From NCBI GenBank assembly GCA_964372415.1, contig CAYJQH010000005.1, positions 1 through 55,124 on the forward strand: a stretch of DNA of 55,124 bases. The letters run 5' to 3'. The DNA comes from an uncultured Gammaproteobacteria bacterium (GTDB taxonomy: Bacteria > Patescibacteriota > Patescibacteriia > UBA9934). The notes beneath the pieces are model-generated. The model was not told where the DNA came from and ran no database searches. It worked only from the letters and a program-made list of their open reading frames with translations. Made by a program: the position numbers and the translations under genes. The number at the start of each line of letters is the position of its first letter. Position 1 is the first letter of the stretch. Shown here piece by piece: positions 16,172 through 26,053 of this stretch.

Positions 16172-17149
16172 TTATTTTACCAAGCGGACGCTCACTGTTT
16201 TGAGTTCAGCATTCGTTGGCCATGAGCGCAGTATACCAGCCTTAGCACCATATTCTTGAATGACGCTTTCGGCATTCAGCATACCTACTTTTAGAGCCTC
16301 GTTAATTGGCAGTCCTTTTTGCAGGCCGGCAAAAGTACCAGAACCAAAGGCATCACCAGCGCCGGTTCTGGAGATTGATTTAACATTACCTGGTCGTATA
16401 AACCAGGTTTGTGCCTGACTTACGGCGTAGGCCCCCTTAGGACCATTAGTAAGAATTGCCTTAGGGCACAAGCGGCCCAAAACACGGACGAGTTTTACGG
16501 GCGAAGCCTCATTAGTTTCTAAAAGCATCTGTGCTTCTTCCAAATTGACTATTAGCACATCAACAAGTGGTAGTAATTCGCGCAAAGCGTTAGCCCTGGT
16601 TAGTTCACCGCGACCAGGATTTAAGGCAATAGTTGTTTTTTTTGCCTTGCCTATCGTGAGGATGTGTTTTAGAACATCAAGTTTGCCGCCGAGCGAGGTT
16701 AGGTAAAGCGCTTGAGCTTGGAGTGCTGACTTTGGGATATCGCGTAGCTCAAAGTTTGAGGACACGCCGCGGAATACCAGGATTGAACGTTCGCCATTTT
16801 TGGCCGTGAGAAGAGTGCTGTAGCCTGTTTGCTCACCTTTGATTGAACGGACAAAAGAAGTTTTGATTTTATGTAAGCGTAGATCTTTAAGTACAGCAGA
16901 ACCTGGCTCGTCATCTCCCAGGCGAACGATTGTCGCGGTATTAAAGCCAAGTAAGGCAAAGGTCGCGGCGCTATTGGTGGCGCCACCACCTGTCGCAAAG
17001 ACAATTTTGTCGACATCGATTTTTGTACCAAGCGCCACGCATTCGCCCATGCCAGTTGAAAACTTGGCTGAGGCAATTAGTTGGAAGGCGTTTGAAATAA
17101 GAAAAATATCGCGGGTAGCCGCGCCAATAGTCACGATGTTATGACGCAT
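16172..17149 (-). CDS. PfkB family carbohydrate kinase
   Basis: TIGAATRDIF, GGGATNSA, ALNPG, RTGAGDAFGSG. Confidence 0.93.
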   Translation of the reverse strand: MRHNIVTIGAATRDIFLISNAFQLIASAKFSTGMGECVALGTKIDVDKIVFATGGGATNSAATFALLGFNTATIVRLGDDEPGSAVLKDLRLHKIKTSFVRSIKGEQTGYSTLLTAKNGERSILVFRGVSSNFELRDIPKSALQAQALYLTSLGGKLDVLKHILTIGKAKKTTIALNPGRGELTRANALRELLPLVDVLIVNLEEAQMLLETNEASPVKLVRVLGRLCPKAILTNGPKGAYAVSQAQTWFIRPGNVKSISRTGAGDAFGSGTFAGLQKGLPINEALKVGMLNAESVIQEYGAKAGILRSWPTNAELKTVSVRLVK

Positions 17150-17966
17150 AGCGTTCCCACAGTTTAATAAAGAAAATAAAATTTTTAACGATGGCTTCAA
17201 CCGCTGCCGGACGATCAATTTTTTTTGCCACCAAGTCTTGAAGTGGTTTTAGAAAAATTGTTCGGCCAATAGCAAAACCAGATAACACCCCGCTTTGGGC
17301 ACCGGCCTTAACCCATGACTCAACTTGTTTTCGTGTTTCACCTCGCCCAAGAAGCACGATAGGAGCTTTGGCGAGCGGTGCAAGACGCTTCCAAGCAGCC
17401 TTACTTGGCAGGCCTTCTAATTTCCAGAGGTCTGGTTGAATACCTTCGTTTTGGAGTTCCGTAAACATCATTTTTACTGCTTCTTCACTGTTGCCTTCGC
17501 GTCCCGTAATAAGCACCTCAAGCATAAGGGGAAGCTTGAGTTTATGACAGGCATCGGCAAGTTCTTTTAAACGATTTCGCTGTAAACGATTGACTCCTTC
17601 ATCGCCCGGTGTGTAACGAACGAGTGCTTTGGCGAAGGCTGGCGAAAGTTTTTTAAGGTGTTCGGCGAACTTTTCACCGTGTTCAAAACTGAAAATGCCA
17701 CCGCTTTTTTCAACTGGAATGACGAGCGAAATCTTTTGTTTTTTGGCCTTAGGGATTATTTCTCGCCCCAGATCCTCGTCGACCAAGACAACTAAGTGTT
17801 TTTCTTTGAGTTCGCTTCGAGCCTTGAGGAAAGCCTCAAAAATTACGCCCTTCAAGGCTCGCGCCGAACGGGCTTTGGATGGAGAAAGAGGGTAGGGGGC
17901 ATTCAGGAGCTCCTTGGCAAAGCCTGTACGGTGATCAAAGGGCAAGATAAATAGCGGAGTTTGCAT
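17139..17966 (-). CDS. DUF2090 class I aldolase-like protein (IolC C-terminal type)
   Basis: ILPFDHR, PVEKSG, KALVRY, PDLWKLEG, LLGRG, GFAIGRTIF. Confidence 0.88.
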   Translation of the reverse strand: MQTPLFILPFDHRTGFAKELLNAPYPLSPSKARSARALKGVIFEAFLKARSELKEKHLVVLVDEDLGREIIPKAKKQKISLVIPVEKSGGIFSFEHGEKFAEHLKKLSPAFAKALVRYTPGDEGVNRLQRNRLKELADACHKLKLPLMLEVLITGREGNSEEAVKMMFTELQNEGIQPDLWKLEGLPSKAAWKRLAPLAKAPIVLLGRGETRKQVESWVKAGAQSGVLSGFAIGRTIFLKPLQDLVAKKIDRPAAVEAIVKNFIFFIKLWERYAS

Positions 17967-17967
17967 A

Positions 17968-18942
17968 CTAGACCTCGTGCGATTTGAAGGAAGGATGTTT
18001 TTTAAGTCGCTTCTGGATATCGGTTAAGGACAACAAACCAGCCGTTGGTCCAACATCTCCGACTACCGCAGTGGCGTTGACCGCTCCATAACGAAGCGCT
18101 TCACGGTGTGGTTTACCCTTAAGAATAGCGCTCAAAAATCCGGTAGCAAAAGCATCCCCAGCCCCCGTCGCTTCTTTGAATTTACCAGGAAATGCTGGAA
18201 CTTGATCTAATTGTGTGCCATCAAAGGCATAAGCGCCGTTCTTACCATCTGTAATTACAACAAAACGCGGCCCAAGCGCTTTGAGTCGGGTTGCTACGGT
18301 TCTGATTTCCGCGCCGTTATTGATATCAAGCAGCTGTCGAGCTTCGAAAATATTCAAGAACAGAACTTCTGACTCCGCAATTAAATCAAATAAGACTTTT
18401 TTTCTTTCTTTGAGCTGAACAGATCCGGGATTCAAACTAATTTTTGCTCCTTTGTCTTTGGCTAGCCTAATGATGTCTTTATACAGTTGTTCATATTTGC
18501 CGCCAAGTTCAGAAATATGAATATATCGGCAAGGCGGAGAATTTTTTGGGAGATGATAGTTGTGAGAGATGTGATCAACTAGCTGCGTTGATTCACCTTT
18601 GAAGTTCAGGACAACTGCCGCGCTCGTACGGAAGCCCTTTTGTTTAGCTATATAACGAGTTTCTACTTTATGTGCTTTCAAAAAAGCCATGGCTTGATAA
18701 TAAATAGGGTCATCGCCCATAAAACTACGTACGGCAGTTTTGAACTTCATTTTAGCCAAACCAACCGCCACGTTTGGTGCGCTACCAGCAATTTGTGTTA
18801 CGAAAGATTCGACTGGAATTTTTTTTCCGTAATCAATACACAGTTTACAGTCAGCATTCCTGAGTTCACACATGATATTCGCTTCAGGCAGCACAATGAA
18901 GGTATCTAATTTAACTGCGCCAATTGAAATAAGATCAAGCAT
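17968..18942 (-). CDS. PfkB family carbohydrate kinase
   Basis: YGKKIPV, GSAPNVAVG, SLNPG, ITDGKNGA, ATGAGDAFATG. Confidence 0.93.
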   Translation of the reverse strand: MLDLISIGAVKLDTFIVLPEANIMCELRNADCKLCIDYGKKIPVESFVTQIAGSAPNVAVGLAKMKFKTAVRSFMGDDPIYYQAMAFLKAHKVETRYIAKQKGFRTSAAVVLNFKGESTQLVDHISHNYHLPKNSPPCRYIHISELGGKYEQLYKDIIRLAKDKGAKISLNPGSVQLKERKKVLFDLIAESEVLFLNIFEARQLLDINNGAEIRTVATRLKALGPRFVVITDGKNGAYAFDGTQLDQVPAFPGKFKEATGAGDAFATGFLSAILKGKPHREALRYGAVNATAVVGDVGPTAGLLSLTDIQKRLKKHPSFKSHEV

Positions 18943-18980
18943 AGACGGTTAACATAAACCTTGTTGACCAGTCTACAGTT

Positions 18981-19523
18981 TTACGATCGGGTCCGAAAGT
19001 CCTGGCCTGAATAAATATAAACGGGAAGAGAACCTTCTTCTTTAAGGATTCTTAAAGGTTCCATGTTTGGCATCGGCCAGGCTTCGATAATAACCAAAGT
19101 TTTGTCTGCTAACTCTTTAGCGAATTTTTCTTTTAGGCGAGGGTAGCTCTTTGCAAGCAAAAAAATAAAAATGTGAGTGGCTGAGGAGATATCTTGTTTG
19201 AATAGGTTGCCAAAACGAAGATAAACGTTCCTATATTTCTTGGGAGAAAAAAGTTTTTTGAGTAATCCTATGCCGAGAGGCAGAAGCGAAATGTCATAGC
19301 CGATAAGTATCGTTTCGGGGTGATGCTTGGCGAGTTCAAAAAGCATGGTTCCTGTACCACAGCCGAGATCGATGACGACATCATTTTTTTTAAATTCGAG
19401 ATTTTTGGCAAGGTGATGCCGCTCTCGCTTCCTGGTCGGCAACCATGGCGCCGCCGAAATTCCCGCTGCCGCAGCGGAGAAAACAATCACAAGGCCAATG
19501 ACGGTTAGGACAAGCTCAGGCAT
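18981..19523 (-). CDS. Class I SAM-dependent methyltransferase with N-terminal TM
   Basis: APWLPT, VIDLGCGTG, GYDIS. Confidence 0.88.
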   Translation of the reverse strand: MPELVLTVIGLVIVFSAAAAGISAAPWLPTRKRERHHLAKNLEFKKNDVVIDLGCGTGTMLFELAKHHPETILIGYDISLLPLGIGLLKKLFSPKKYRNVYLRFGNLFKQDISSATHIFIFLLAKSYPRLKEKFAKELADKTLVIIEAWPMPNMEPLRILKEEGSLPVYIYSGQDFRTRS

Positions 19524-19529
19524 AGGCCT

Positions 19530-20534
19530 TTATTTTTTATGGCGATTCGATTTCATTTTGACCACTCTTTTGGCTGCTTTAACTATCCAAGGACTCGTTA
19601 GACGATAGTGTTCCAAAAGTTCGCGAGGTTCGCCGGACTGGCCAAAAACGTCCTCCAGACCTACTCGGATTACAGGAACAGGATACTGGGCTGCGAGTAG
19701 TTCACAAACTGCGCTCCCCATGCCCGCCGCAGCCTGGGCTTCTTCAACCGTTACCACGGCCCCACACTGTTTGGCGGCGGCAAGAATTGTCACTTCGTCC
19801 ATTGGTTTTACGCTCACGTTATTGATGACCTTGGCGCTAATACCGTGTTTTTCGAGCTCTTTTGCTGCGAGCAAAGCCTCGTGAACCAAGGGGCCGCAGG
19901 CGATAATTGCTACGTCTTCGCCCGAGAAGAAAACTTGCGCTTTGCCAATTGCGAATGGTGTCTTATCGGTGGTAAAAACAGGTGTTTTTTCTCGAGCAAA
20001 CCGGACATACACCGGGCCTGGATATGCGGCGGCGGCCATGACTGCCTTTTTGGTTTCAATCATGTCGCAGGGCACGAGCACGGTTAGGTGGGGCAGGACA
20101 CGCATGAGAGCGATGTCTTCGACCATTTGGTGCGTGGCTCCATCAGGTCCAACGGACACCCCGGCATGGGCCCCCATGATTTTGACATCTAATTCTTGAA
20201 GCGCGATCGTTGTTCTGATCTGCTCCCAATTTCTTCCCGGCGAAAAACAAGCGTAACTTGCAATAAAGGGCACTTTCCCGGCGAGTGCCATGCCCGCGGC
20301 GAGTGCCGCAAGTGATTGTTCAGATACCCCGAGCTGCACAAATCGTTCTGGAAAACGCTTTTTAAAAGCCTCAGCACGTGTTGATTCGGTAAGGTCCGCG
20401 CATAGCATCATGACTTTATTATTTTTTTCTCCAGCTAAGACTACACCTTCGCCAAAACCGTCCCGGGTTGGCACCTGGGGCACTGACGAGCTAAAAATTT
20501 TACTTGAGAGTTTGGCGAGTTTGGCTATGGGCAT
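19530..20534 (-). CDS. Transketolase C-terminal subunit
   Basis: TRDGFGEG, ADLTEST, GVSEQ, GPDGATHQ, VTVEE, FGQSG. Confidence 0.95.
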   Translation of the reverse strand: MPIAKLAKLSSKIFSSSVPQVPTRDGFGEGVVLAGEKNNKVMMLCADLTESTRAEAFKKRFPERFVQLGVSEQSLAALAAGMALAGKVPFIASYACFSPGRNWEQIRTTIALQELDVKIMGAHAGVSVGPDGATHQMVEDIALMRVLPHLTVLVPCDMIETKKAVMAAAAYPGPVYVRFAREKTPVFTTDKTPFAIGKAQVFFSGEDVAIIACGPLVHEALLAAKELEKHGISAKVINNVSVKPMDEVTILAAAKQCGAVVTVEEAQAAAGMGSAVCELLAAQYPVPVIRVGLEDVFGQSGEPRELLEHYRLTSPWIVKAAKRVVKMKSNRHKK

Positions 20535-20541
20535 AGTGTGC

Positions 20542-20580
20542 TCCCTCTCCCACAAACGGGAGAGGGTTACGGTGAGGGTC
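20542..20580 (-). repeat. CCCTCACC..CCCTCTCCC..GGGAGAGGG REP-like element
   Basis: Minus strand GACCCTCACCGTAACCCTCTCCCGTTTGTGGGAGAGGG. Confidence 0.65.
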
Positions 20581-20588
20581 AGTTAAGG

Positions 20589-21494
20589 CTAGCGGCGCAA
20601 GATTTTCCGGACAATTATCACTGCTCCCCAAGTCACTAGAGCGAGCGGCAGGCCGATGGCGCTACCAACGATCACGAGCCAGATTGCCAAGGTCACGACC
20701 GCCTGAGCTAGGAGTACAACGTAGCGCAAGGCTTCCTTAGTGGTAAGTACAAGATCGAATTTAGCTGTTGGTAGCTCCACCCTGGTCTCTTCTTCCATGG
20801 TCACACTGATCGTTGAATATTCGGTCTGATTGCCGAGTGATTTTAGCTGTCCTTCAAGCGACTCAATCTCGTAACGAATACTTTGTAAGTATTGTTGCAC
20901 GGCCAGAATGTCTTGGACTGTCTCAGCTTTTTCTAGAATAGCTAGGTATTGCTCTTCCTGGGCCTTGGCTGAGCGGAGGCGAGCTTCGAGATCGGTATAT
21001 TGTTCGGTAACATCGTAACCATTAATTGATTCGCGTTCTATACGAATAGCTAGCTCTTTTATTGCTTGAATTGTATCTTCGAAAAGGCTAACTGGAACGC
21101 GTACGGTAACATAGCCTGATTTTTGTCCGGTCTCGTCTTCGACGACTGTTGAGGACTGCACAAAACCGCCGCGACCAGTCGCTAAAGTAATAACTTCCTG
21201 GACTTTCTTATCTACGCCATCGACGGTAACTGCCAAATCTGCGGTTTTGATAATCCGCTGTTCTGCCTCGGCTGCGGTTTCGCCACCAACAATGGGTGGC
21301 ACGGGAAAGGATGACGGAGCAACCTCCTTTCGGCCGATTGAATCGACCACTGCCTCATCACTCAAATAACCCGCCGTTTTTTCTGGCAGGCTGCGACGTG
21401 GGCCGAACATTGGCGTTGAGATGACTATAAGAAGCGCTACGATAGCCGCCACGCCACCCACGAGCCAGATTGCAAACGAATAATTATTTTTCAT
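20589..21494 (-). CDS. DUF4349 domain membrane protein
   Basis: RIIKTADL, GGFV, TVRVP, DVTEQYTDLEARL, EIESLEGQL, YSTI. Confidence 0.9.
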   Translation of the reverse strand: MKNNYSFAIWLVGGVAAIVALLIVISTPMFGPRRSLPEKTAGYLSDEAVVDSIGRKEVAPSSFPVPPIVGGETAAEAEQRIIKTADLAVTVDGVDKKVQEVITLATGRGGFVQSSTVVEDETGQKSGYVTVRVPVSLFEDTIQAIKELAIRIERESINGYDVTEQYTDLEARLRSAKAQEEQYLAILEKAETVQDILAVQQYLQSIRYEIESLEGQLKSLGNQTEYSTISVTMEEETRVELPTAKFDLVLTTKEALRYVVLLAQAVVTLAIWLVIVGSAIGLPLALVTWGAVIIVRKILRR

Positions 21495-21549
21495 ATCAAG
21501 TGTTTTATTATCCTAATATACTATCCTGCTAACAGCTATAAGCTAAGGG

Positions 21550-22434
21550 TTATTCCATCTCTGATTGAATCTTTCCGCCGAGCGTTCGGAGTTCCTTAAG
21601 TGCTCGTTTGACTTCGTCGCCGGGCTTTGGTGGTTTGCCGTGCCAACTTGGTTCAAACTCCATGTAACTAACCCCTTTTCCAGGGATAGTATGAGCAATA
21701 ATGACGGTTGGTTGTTCCCAAGTAGCCTTGGCACGGTCGCAAGCGTCAATGAACTCCCTAATATTGTGGCCATCTATCTCGAGAACCTGAAAACCAAAGG
21801 CAGCGAATTTTTCATGTACTGGCTCAAGCGGCATAATATCTTCAGTGTAGCCATCTATTTGAATGTTGTTGCGATCAATGATCCAAGTAAGATTATGCAA
21901 TTTGTTTCTACTTGCAAAAAGCGCCGCTTCCCAGGTAATGCCAGCTTCAAGCTCGCCATCACTCATTACACAATAGACGTGCCATGGTTTGGCTTCCATC
22001 TTTCCAACATAGGCCATACCTGCCGCCTGACTTGAGCCATCTCCTAAGGGGCCAGAGGTGTTTTCAAGCGCCGGGAACAGGCGGCGCTCAGGATGACCCT
22101 GGAGCCGGGAACCGAATTTACGAAGTGTTTTGAGCTCATCTTTTTTTAAATATCCAGCGTGAGCCATGGTTACATAACGGACAGGCACGATGTGGCCATT
22201 ACTCAAAAATAAGCGATCTCGGTCATCGCTATTTGGATGTTTAGGATCGTGATTCAAAACGTGAAAGTAGAGCGCGGTAAAAATATCTGCCATGCCGAGT
22301 GGACCAGCCGAGTGACCACTTCCAGCCTGAACCAGCATGGTTAGGATATCTTGCCGAATCTCATTGGCTTTGAGTTCAAGTTTTTGGAGCTTAGCTTCAG
22401 TAATTGGCGCTATGGTTTGCCGGACATGGGGCAT
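21550..22434 (-). CDS. Transketolase N-terminal subunit
   Basis: AGSGHSAG, DRLFLSNGH, LQGHP, SDGELEAG..WEA, DGHN, HTIPGKGV, WHGK. Confidence 0.95.
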   Translation of the reverse strand: MPHVRQTIAPITEAKLQKLELKANEIRQDILTMLVQAGSGHSAGPLGMADIFTALYFHVLNHDPKHPNSDDRDRLFLSNGHIVPVRYVTMAHAGYLKKDELKTLRKFGSRLQGHPERRLFPALENTSGPLGDGSSQAAGMAYVGKMEAKPWHVYCVMSDGELEAGITWEAALFASRNKLHNLTWIIDRNNIQIDGYTEDIMPLEPVHEKFAAFGFQVLEIDGHNIREFIDACDRAKATWEQPTVIIAHTIPGKGVSYMEFEPSWHGKPPKPGDEVKRALKELRTLGGKIQSEME

Positions 22435-22493
22435 AGTGGAGTAGGTTGCAGACGACGCTTAAGATTGTCTGTAATAGCCTAAAAGGGGAGCGG

Positions 22494-22883
22494 TTAGTGT
22501 TGCGCGTCCTCAAGATTTATTTGCGTTAATGCAAAAATACCAACAAAGAAACCGGTCACAAAATGCGACCAAGCAAATTCTTCAAGTGTGAAGACAAGTG
22601 CAAAAGGAGCGGTAGCGATCCAGGTTCCTAAGCCGAATTGGAGCCAGTGCAGGACACGCAGAGCCGCAGTTTTCTTTGAGGGTTGTTCAAGGGTTACAAC
22701 GATGAGTGAAATAACCGCGATGCCGAGACCTAAAAATAGATCGTCCCAGCGAAAGAGGGCCACTAGGTCAAGTTCGGCACTCGCTGAATCATTAAGGAAA
22801 AGCTGAACAATATCATCGCCAATAAAGGGAACAAGAATGATCCAGAAGGCAAGGACAAAGACAATCCAGTGCAAGAGTTTCAT
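22494..22883 (-). CDS. SPW-repeat-like membrane protein
   Basis: HWIVFVLAFWIILVPF / HWLQFGLGTWIATAPF repeats. Confidence 0.7.
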   Translation of the reverse strand: MKLLHWIVFVLAFWIILVPFIGDDIVQLFLNDSASAELDLVALFRWDDLFLGLGIAVISLIVVTLEQPSKKTAALRVLHWLQFGLGTWIATAPFALVFTLEEFAWSHFVTGFFVGIFALTQINLEDAQH

Positions 22884-22900
22884 ACTGCTCGTTAGTATAG

Positions 22901-22928
22901 CAAAAGACGCCCCGTGAGGCGTCTTTTG
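22901..22928. terminator. Intrinsic terminator
   Basis: CAAAAGACGCC-CCGTGA-GGCGTCTTTTG. Confidence 0.75.
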
Positions 22929-22945
22929 TTTAGTGCAGAACGTAT

Positions 22946-23785
22946 TTATTCAACGTAGATGGCACCCGTGTTGGCGCTGTTATAGCTGTCGAAGAAGGTG
23001 TAGGTGCCAGCTTCTTCAAAGACCCTGATGAAGCTGTCGCCGTTATTTAGGGTGCCGGTGCCCCAGGAAAGATCATCCGCGGTGGCAGTGTGCTTTTGTG
23101 CCCCATTGTTCGTGAAGCGAACTCCGCGACCAGCTTCAATTGTGACATCGATCGGTTCGTATCCGCCATCGGTGATGCCGATGTACTCAGGGGCCATGAG
23201 CGATTTGTCGTCATTGATATTGGCGACACTAGCCATGACGTTGGAAGGGACGAATTCACTGGCGCTGTTAATGGGGTCGCCGATTGTGTAGTTACTAAAG
23301 AAGCCGTCGGCGATGTCATCAATTTTTGTATTCCAATCGCTCCCGTAAAGAGCAATAGCTACTGCTTCACTCGTTACGTGTCGAATGACGCCGCCCTGAT
23401 CTACAGCGTAGGTTTTTGGGTCGGTATTTATTTTTACCATTTTAACGCCCGGTTTGTAGGTGACGTTGCCGCCAATCTGAATTTTGGCCAGTTCGTCGTC
23501 TGAGATATTTTTGACGCTGTCAAAGTTGGCGTACCAAGTGAAGTAATTTTTATCGTTGGTGAAAACATAGCGGAAACCATCTTCGCCCATGTAATACACG
23601 GCCGAAAAACTTTCACCACGAATCAAATCGCCAGACTCAACAGTGGTTGAAGCCTGAGTTGACGGCACCGCAAAAGCCAAGATGGCTGCTGCGATAATTG
23701 ATAAAATAGCCGCACAGGAAAGAGTAAAACGTGTCCGAACTAAAGCTAAACGACTGACTGAAGAAAGAGTCATAATATTTTTCAT
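22946..23785 (-). CDS. Secreted CPR surface-repeat protein with C-terminal cupredoxin-like domain
   Basis: GDLIRG..SAVYY, PGVKMVKI..DPKTYAV; V.FTN..HTAT..GTYTFFDSYN (Cys/His copper ligands absent). Confidence 0.8.
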   Translation of the reverse strand: MKNIMTLSSVSRLALVRTRFTLSCAAILSIIAAAILAFAVPSTQASTTVESGDLIRGESFSAVYYMGEDGFRYVFTNDKNYFTWYANFDSVKNISDDELAKIQIGGNVTYKPGVKMVKINTDPKTYAVDQGGVIRHVTSEAVAIALYGSDWNTKIDDIADGFFSNYTIGDPINSASEFVPSNVMASVANINDDKSLMAPEYIGITDGGYEPIDVTIEAGRGVRFTNNGAQKHTATADDLSWGTGTLNNGDSFIRVFEEAGTYTFFDSYNSANTGAIYVE

Positions 23786-23818
23786 AGCGTTAGATCTATC
23801 ATATCACAGCCTTTTTTC

Positions 23819-24475
23819 TTAGGACAACCTGGCTTCAAGTAAATCATAAGCCTCACCTGGATCCGGGGCTTGCCATAGCGCCGAAGCGGCCACCAAACGG
23901 TCAACGCCAGCCGCCATAAGAGGCAAGACAAGATCAACTCTAAGGCCGCCGTCGAGAGCCACGGGTAAGTTCGGAAACAAGGCCTTGGCCCGACGGATCT
24001 TAGCTATAATGGGTTCGCCAAGAAATGGTTGGCCGCTTTTTCCAGGCTCAACCCCCATGATTTGAATGCCGTCTACGATATTTGCAACCTGAGCTACGTC
24101 GTCAATCAGAGTTTGAGGGTTTACAGCAACAACTACTTGAAGATTGAGCTCTTTAAGTGAGGCAAGGAGTAGAGTGATGTTGTGGCCGAGCTCAAGATGC
24201 ACGATGACCCGCCGCAGGCTCGGTACATTCTTATGCCAATTGACAACGATCGGCAGCGGGCTTTGAACCATTAGGTGAAGTTCGATCTCGGGAAGGTTTG
24301 GCCATGAGCCAATAATTTGCGCCTCGGCCCAGGCTTTTGCCCCAAACAAAGTTCCGTCTAAAACATCAAGGTGAAAAAGTTTAGCTCGCTTGTTGAGTTC
24401 TGGGTGTAGTAACCGGGCTTTAAAATCTTGTTCGTCGTAAGCTAATACGGCCGGGATGAGTTCGACTTTAGTCAT
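23819..24475 (-). CDS. rpe: Ribulose-phosphate 3-epimerase
   Basis: HLDVLDG, ELHLMV, MGVEPGKSGQPF, LDGG. Confidence 0.93.
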   Translation of the reverse strand: MTKVELIPAVLAYDEQDFKARLLHPELNKRAKLFHLDVLDGTLFGAKAWAEAQIIGSWPNLPEIELHLMVQSPLPIVVNWHKNVPSLRRVIVHLELGHNITLLLASLKELNLQVVVAVNPQTLIDDVAQVANIVDGIQIMGVEPGKSGQPFLGEPIIAKIRRAKALFPNLPVALDGGLRVDLVLPLMAAGVDRLVAASALWQAPDPGEAYDLLEARLS

Positions 24476-24476
24476 A

Positions 24477-24938
24477 CTATTCCTGCCTTTCTATTTGCTC
24501 GACCTGTTTTAAACGTCGCTCGTGGCGTTCGGCTGCGGAAAAAGGTACAGCCAGAAAAGTTTCGGCTATCGACAGTGGATCATGAATGGTGGGCAGGCGA
24601 CCCGGTAGGCAAAGTACGTTAGCGTTATCGTCGTAACGCATAGTTTTAGCGGCTTCACGCGAAAAGCCAATCCCGGCCCTAATGCCGTCGAACTTGTTGG
24701 CCGCAATGCACACGCCCTCGGCATTACCGCAACTCAAAATGCCGAACGATCCAGGGTGAGCGCGGACGGCCTTGGCTACGGCCGCGGCGTATTCAGGATA
24801 ATCGTCGCTTGCCACAAATTTTTGAGCACCAAGATCTTCAATCACAAATCCTTTACGTTCAAGGTGGCTCTTTAGGCTTTCTTTTAAATCAAAGCCCGCA
24901 TGGTCGGCGCCCAGATAGACAGTTGGTTGCATAGCCAT
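24477..24938 (-). CDS. rpiB: Ribose-5-phosphate isomerase B
   Basis: GADHAGFDLK, DDYP, CGNAEGVCIAANK, NANVLCL, RHERR. Confidence 0.95.
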   Translation of the reverse strand: MAMQPTVYLGADHAGFDLKESLKSHLERKGFVIEDLGAQKFVASDDYPEYAAAVAKAVRAHPGSFGILSCGNAEGVCIAANKFDGIRAGIGFSREAAKTMRYDDNANVLCLPGRLPTIHDPLSIAETFLAVPFSAAERHERRLKQVEQIERQE

Positions 24939-24976
24939 TAGAGTATACCGGGAGTGTTACGATACAGAAAATTAAT

Positions 24977-26050
24977 ATGTCATCTACTACAAAAATTTTT
25001 GCCGGTGCTCTGTTTGTGATTTTGGGGCTTGTGATAATCGGCTCACTTATTTATTTGGGAAAGGGCGAGATCGGTGAGTGGGTAGGGGAAGAGAAACGTA
25101 TCCCAAGCGAGGTCGGCACGCCACTTAATAATCCTGAACCATCATCAGGCAAGCAAATTTATCGTTTAGAGGTTGATGGGGTGCAACGAGAATTTATTGT
25201 TTACCGTCCAGAAAATATTGAACTGGATCAGAAAATCCCGGTTGTTTTTATGTTTCACGGTGGCGGGCAAACGGCTGAATATATGTACAAAAATTCTGGC
25301 TGGAGTCAAAAGTCAGAAGATGAGGGTTTCATGGTCGTTTATCCGCTGGCTCTTAAGTATCACACTTTTGCTGAAGAAAAGGTAGAAAATGGACAAGTAG
25401 TACAAAATCTAGCTGAATACGAAACGCGGTGGAGCGGATATAACTTCGAACAAAGTTTTGATCCGGCTTATCCTGATCAAGTTGTTCATGACGATGTCAT
25501 CTTCGTTCGCGAAGCGGTTGAATTTATTAAGCTTAGTTACGCCGTTGATGCCTCACGCTTCTACGCGACGGGTTTCTCAAGCGGCGGAGGGATGACTATT
25601 CGCCTAATTAAAGAAGCGACTGATATTTTTGCCTCTTTCGCGCCTTCGTCCTCGGGCATTCTTTCACCCGAGGCGCTTGAGGTAATGATCGAGACCACGC
25701 CAAACGACTTTATTCCACGATCGGTTATCCAAACAATCGGCTCGACTGATCCGAAGCTAACTTATCGAGTGGGCATTGAAGAATTTTCACTCACCGAAAG
25801 GGCGGCACAAGCAGGGGACCCTGTGCACGATTCAATCATTGCTCCCCTACTTGACGCTTTAGATTTGAGTGATACCTACAAGTACGAAAAAAGAGGAAAG
25901 GTATCGATGTTTTTCTATGGCCCTGAACACGATACTAATTACCAATTAAACATTGTTGATGACATGGGTCATATTTATCCGAACGGCAAAAATAATCGAC
26001 TAATTGTCGCAGATCTTTATTGGTCATTTTTTGAGCAGTACAGTCTCTAG
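24977..26050 (+). CDS. Membrane-anchored alpha/beta hydrolase (PHB-depolymerase/LpqC-like esterase)
   Basis: FMFHGGG, VVYP, DDVIFV, YATGFSSGG nucleophile elbow, MGHIYP. Confidence 0.85.
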   Translation: MSSTTKIFAGALFVILGLVIIGSLIYLGKGEIGEWVGEEKRIPSEVGTPLNNPEPSSGKQIYRLEVDGVQREFIVYRPENIELDQKIPVVFMFHGGGQTAEYMYKNSGWSQKSEDEGFMVVYPLALKYHTFAEEKVENGQVVQNLAEYETRWSGYNFEQSFDPAYPDQVVHDDVIFVREAVEFIKLSYAVDASRFYATGFSSGGGMTIRLIKEATDIFASFAPSSSGILSPEALEVMIETTPNDFIPRSVIQTIGSTDPKLTYRVGIEEFSLTERAAQAGDPVHDSIIAPLLDALDLSDTYKYEKRGKVSMFFYGPEHDTNYQLNIVDDMGHIYPNGKNNRLIVADLYWSFFEQYSL

Positions 26051-26053
26051 TCT

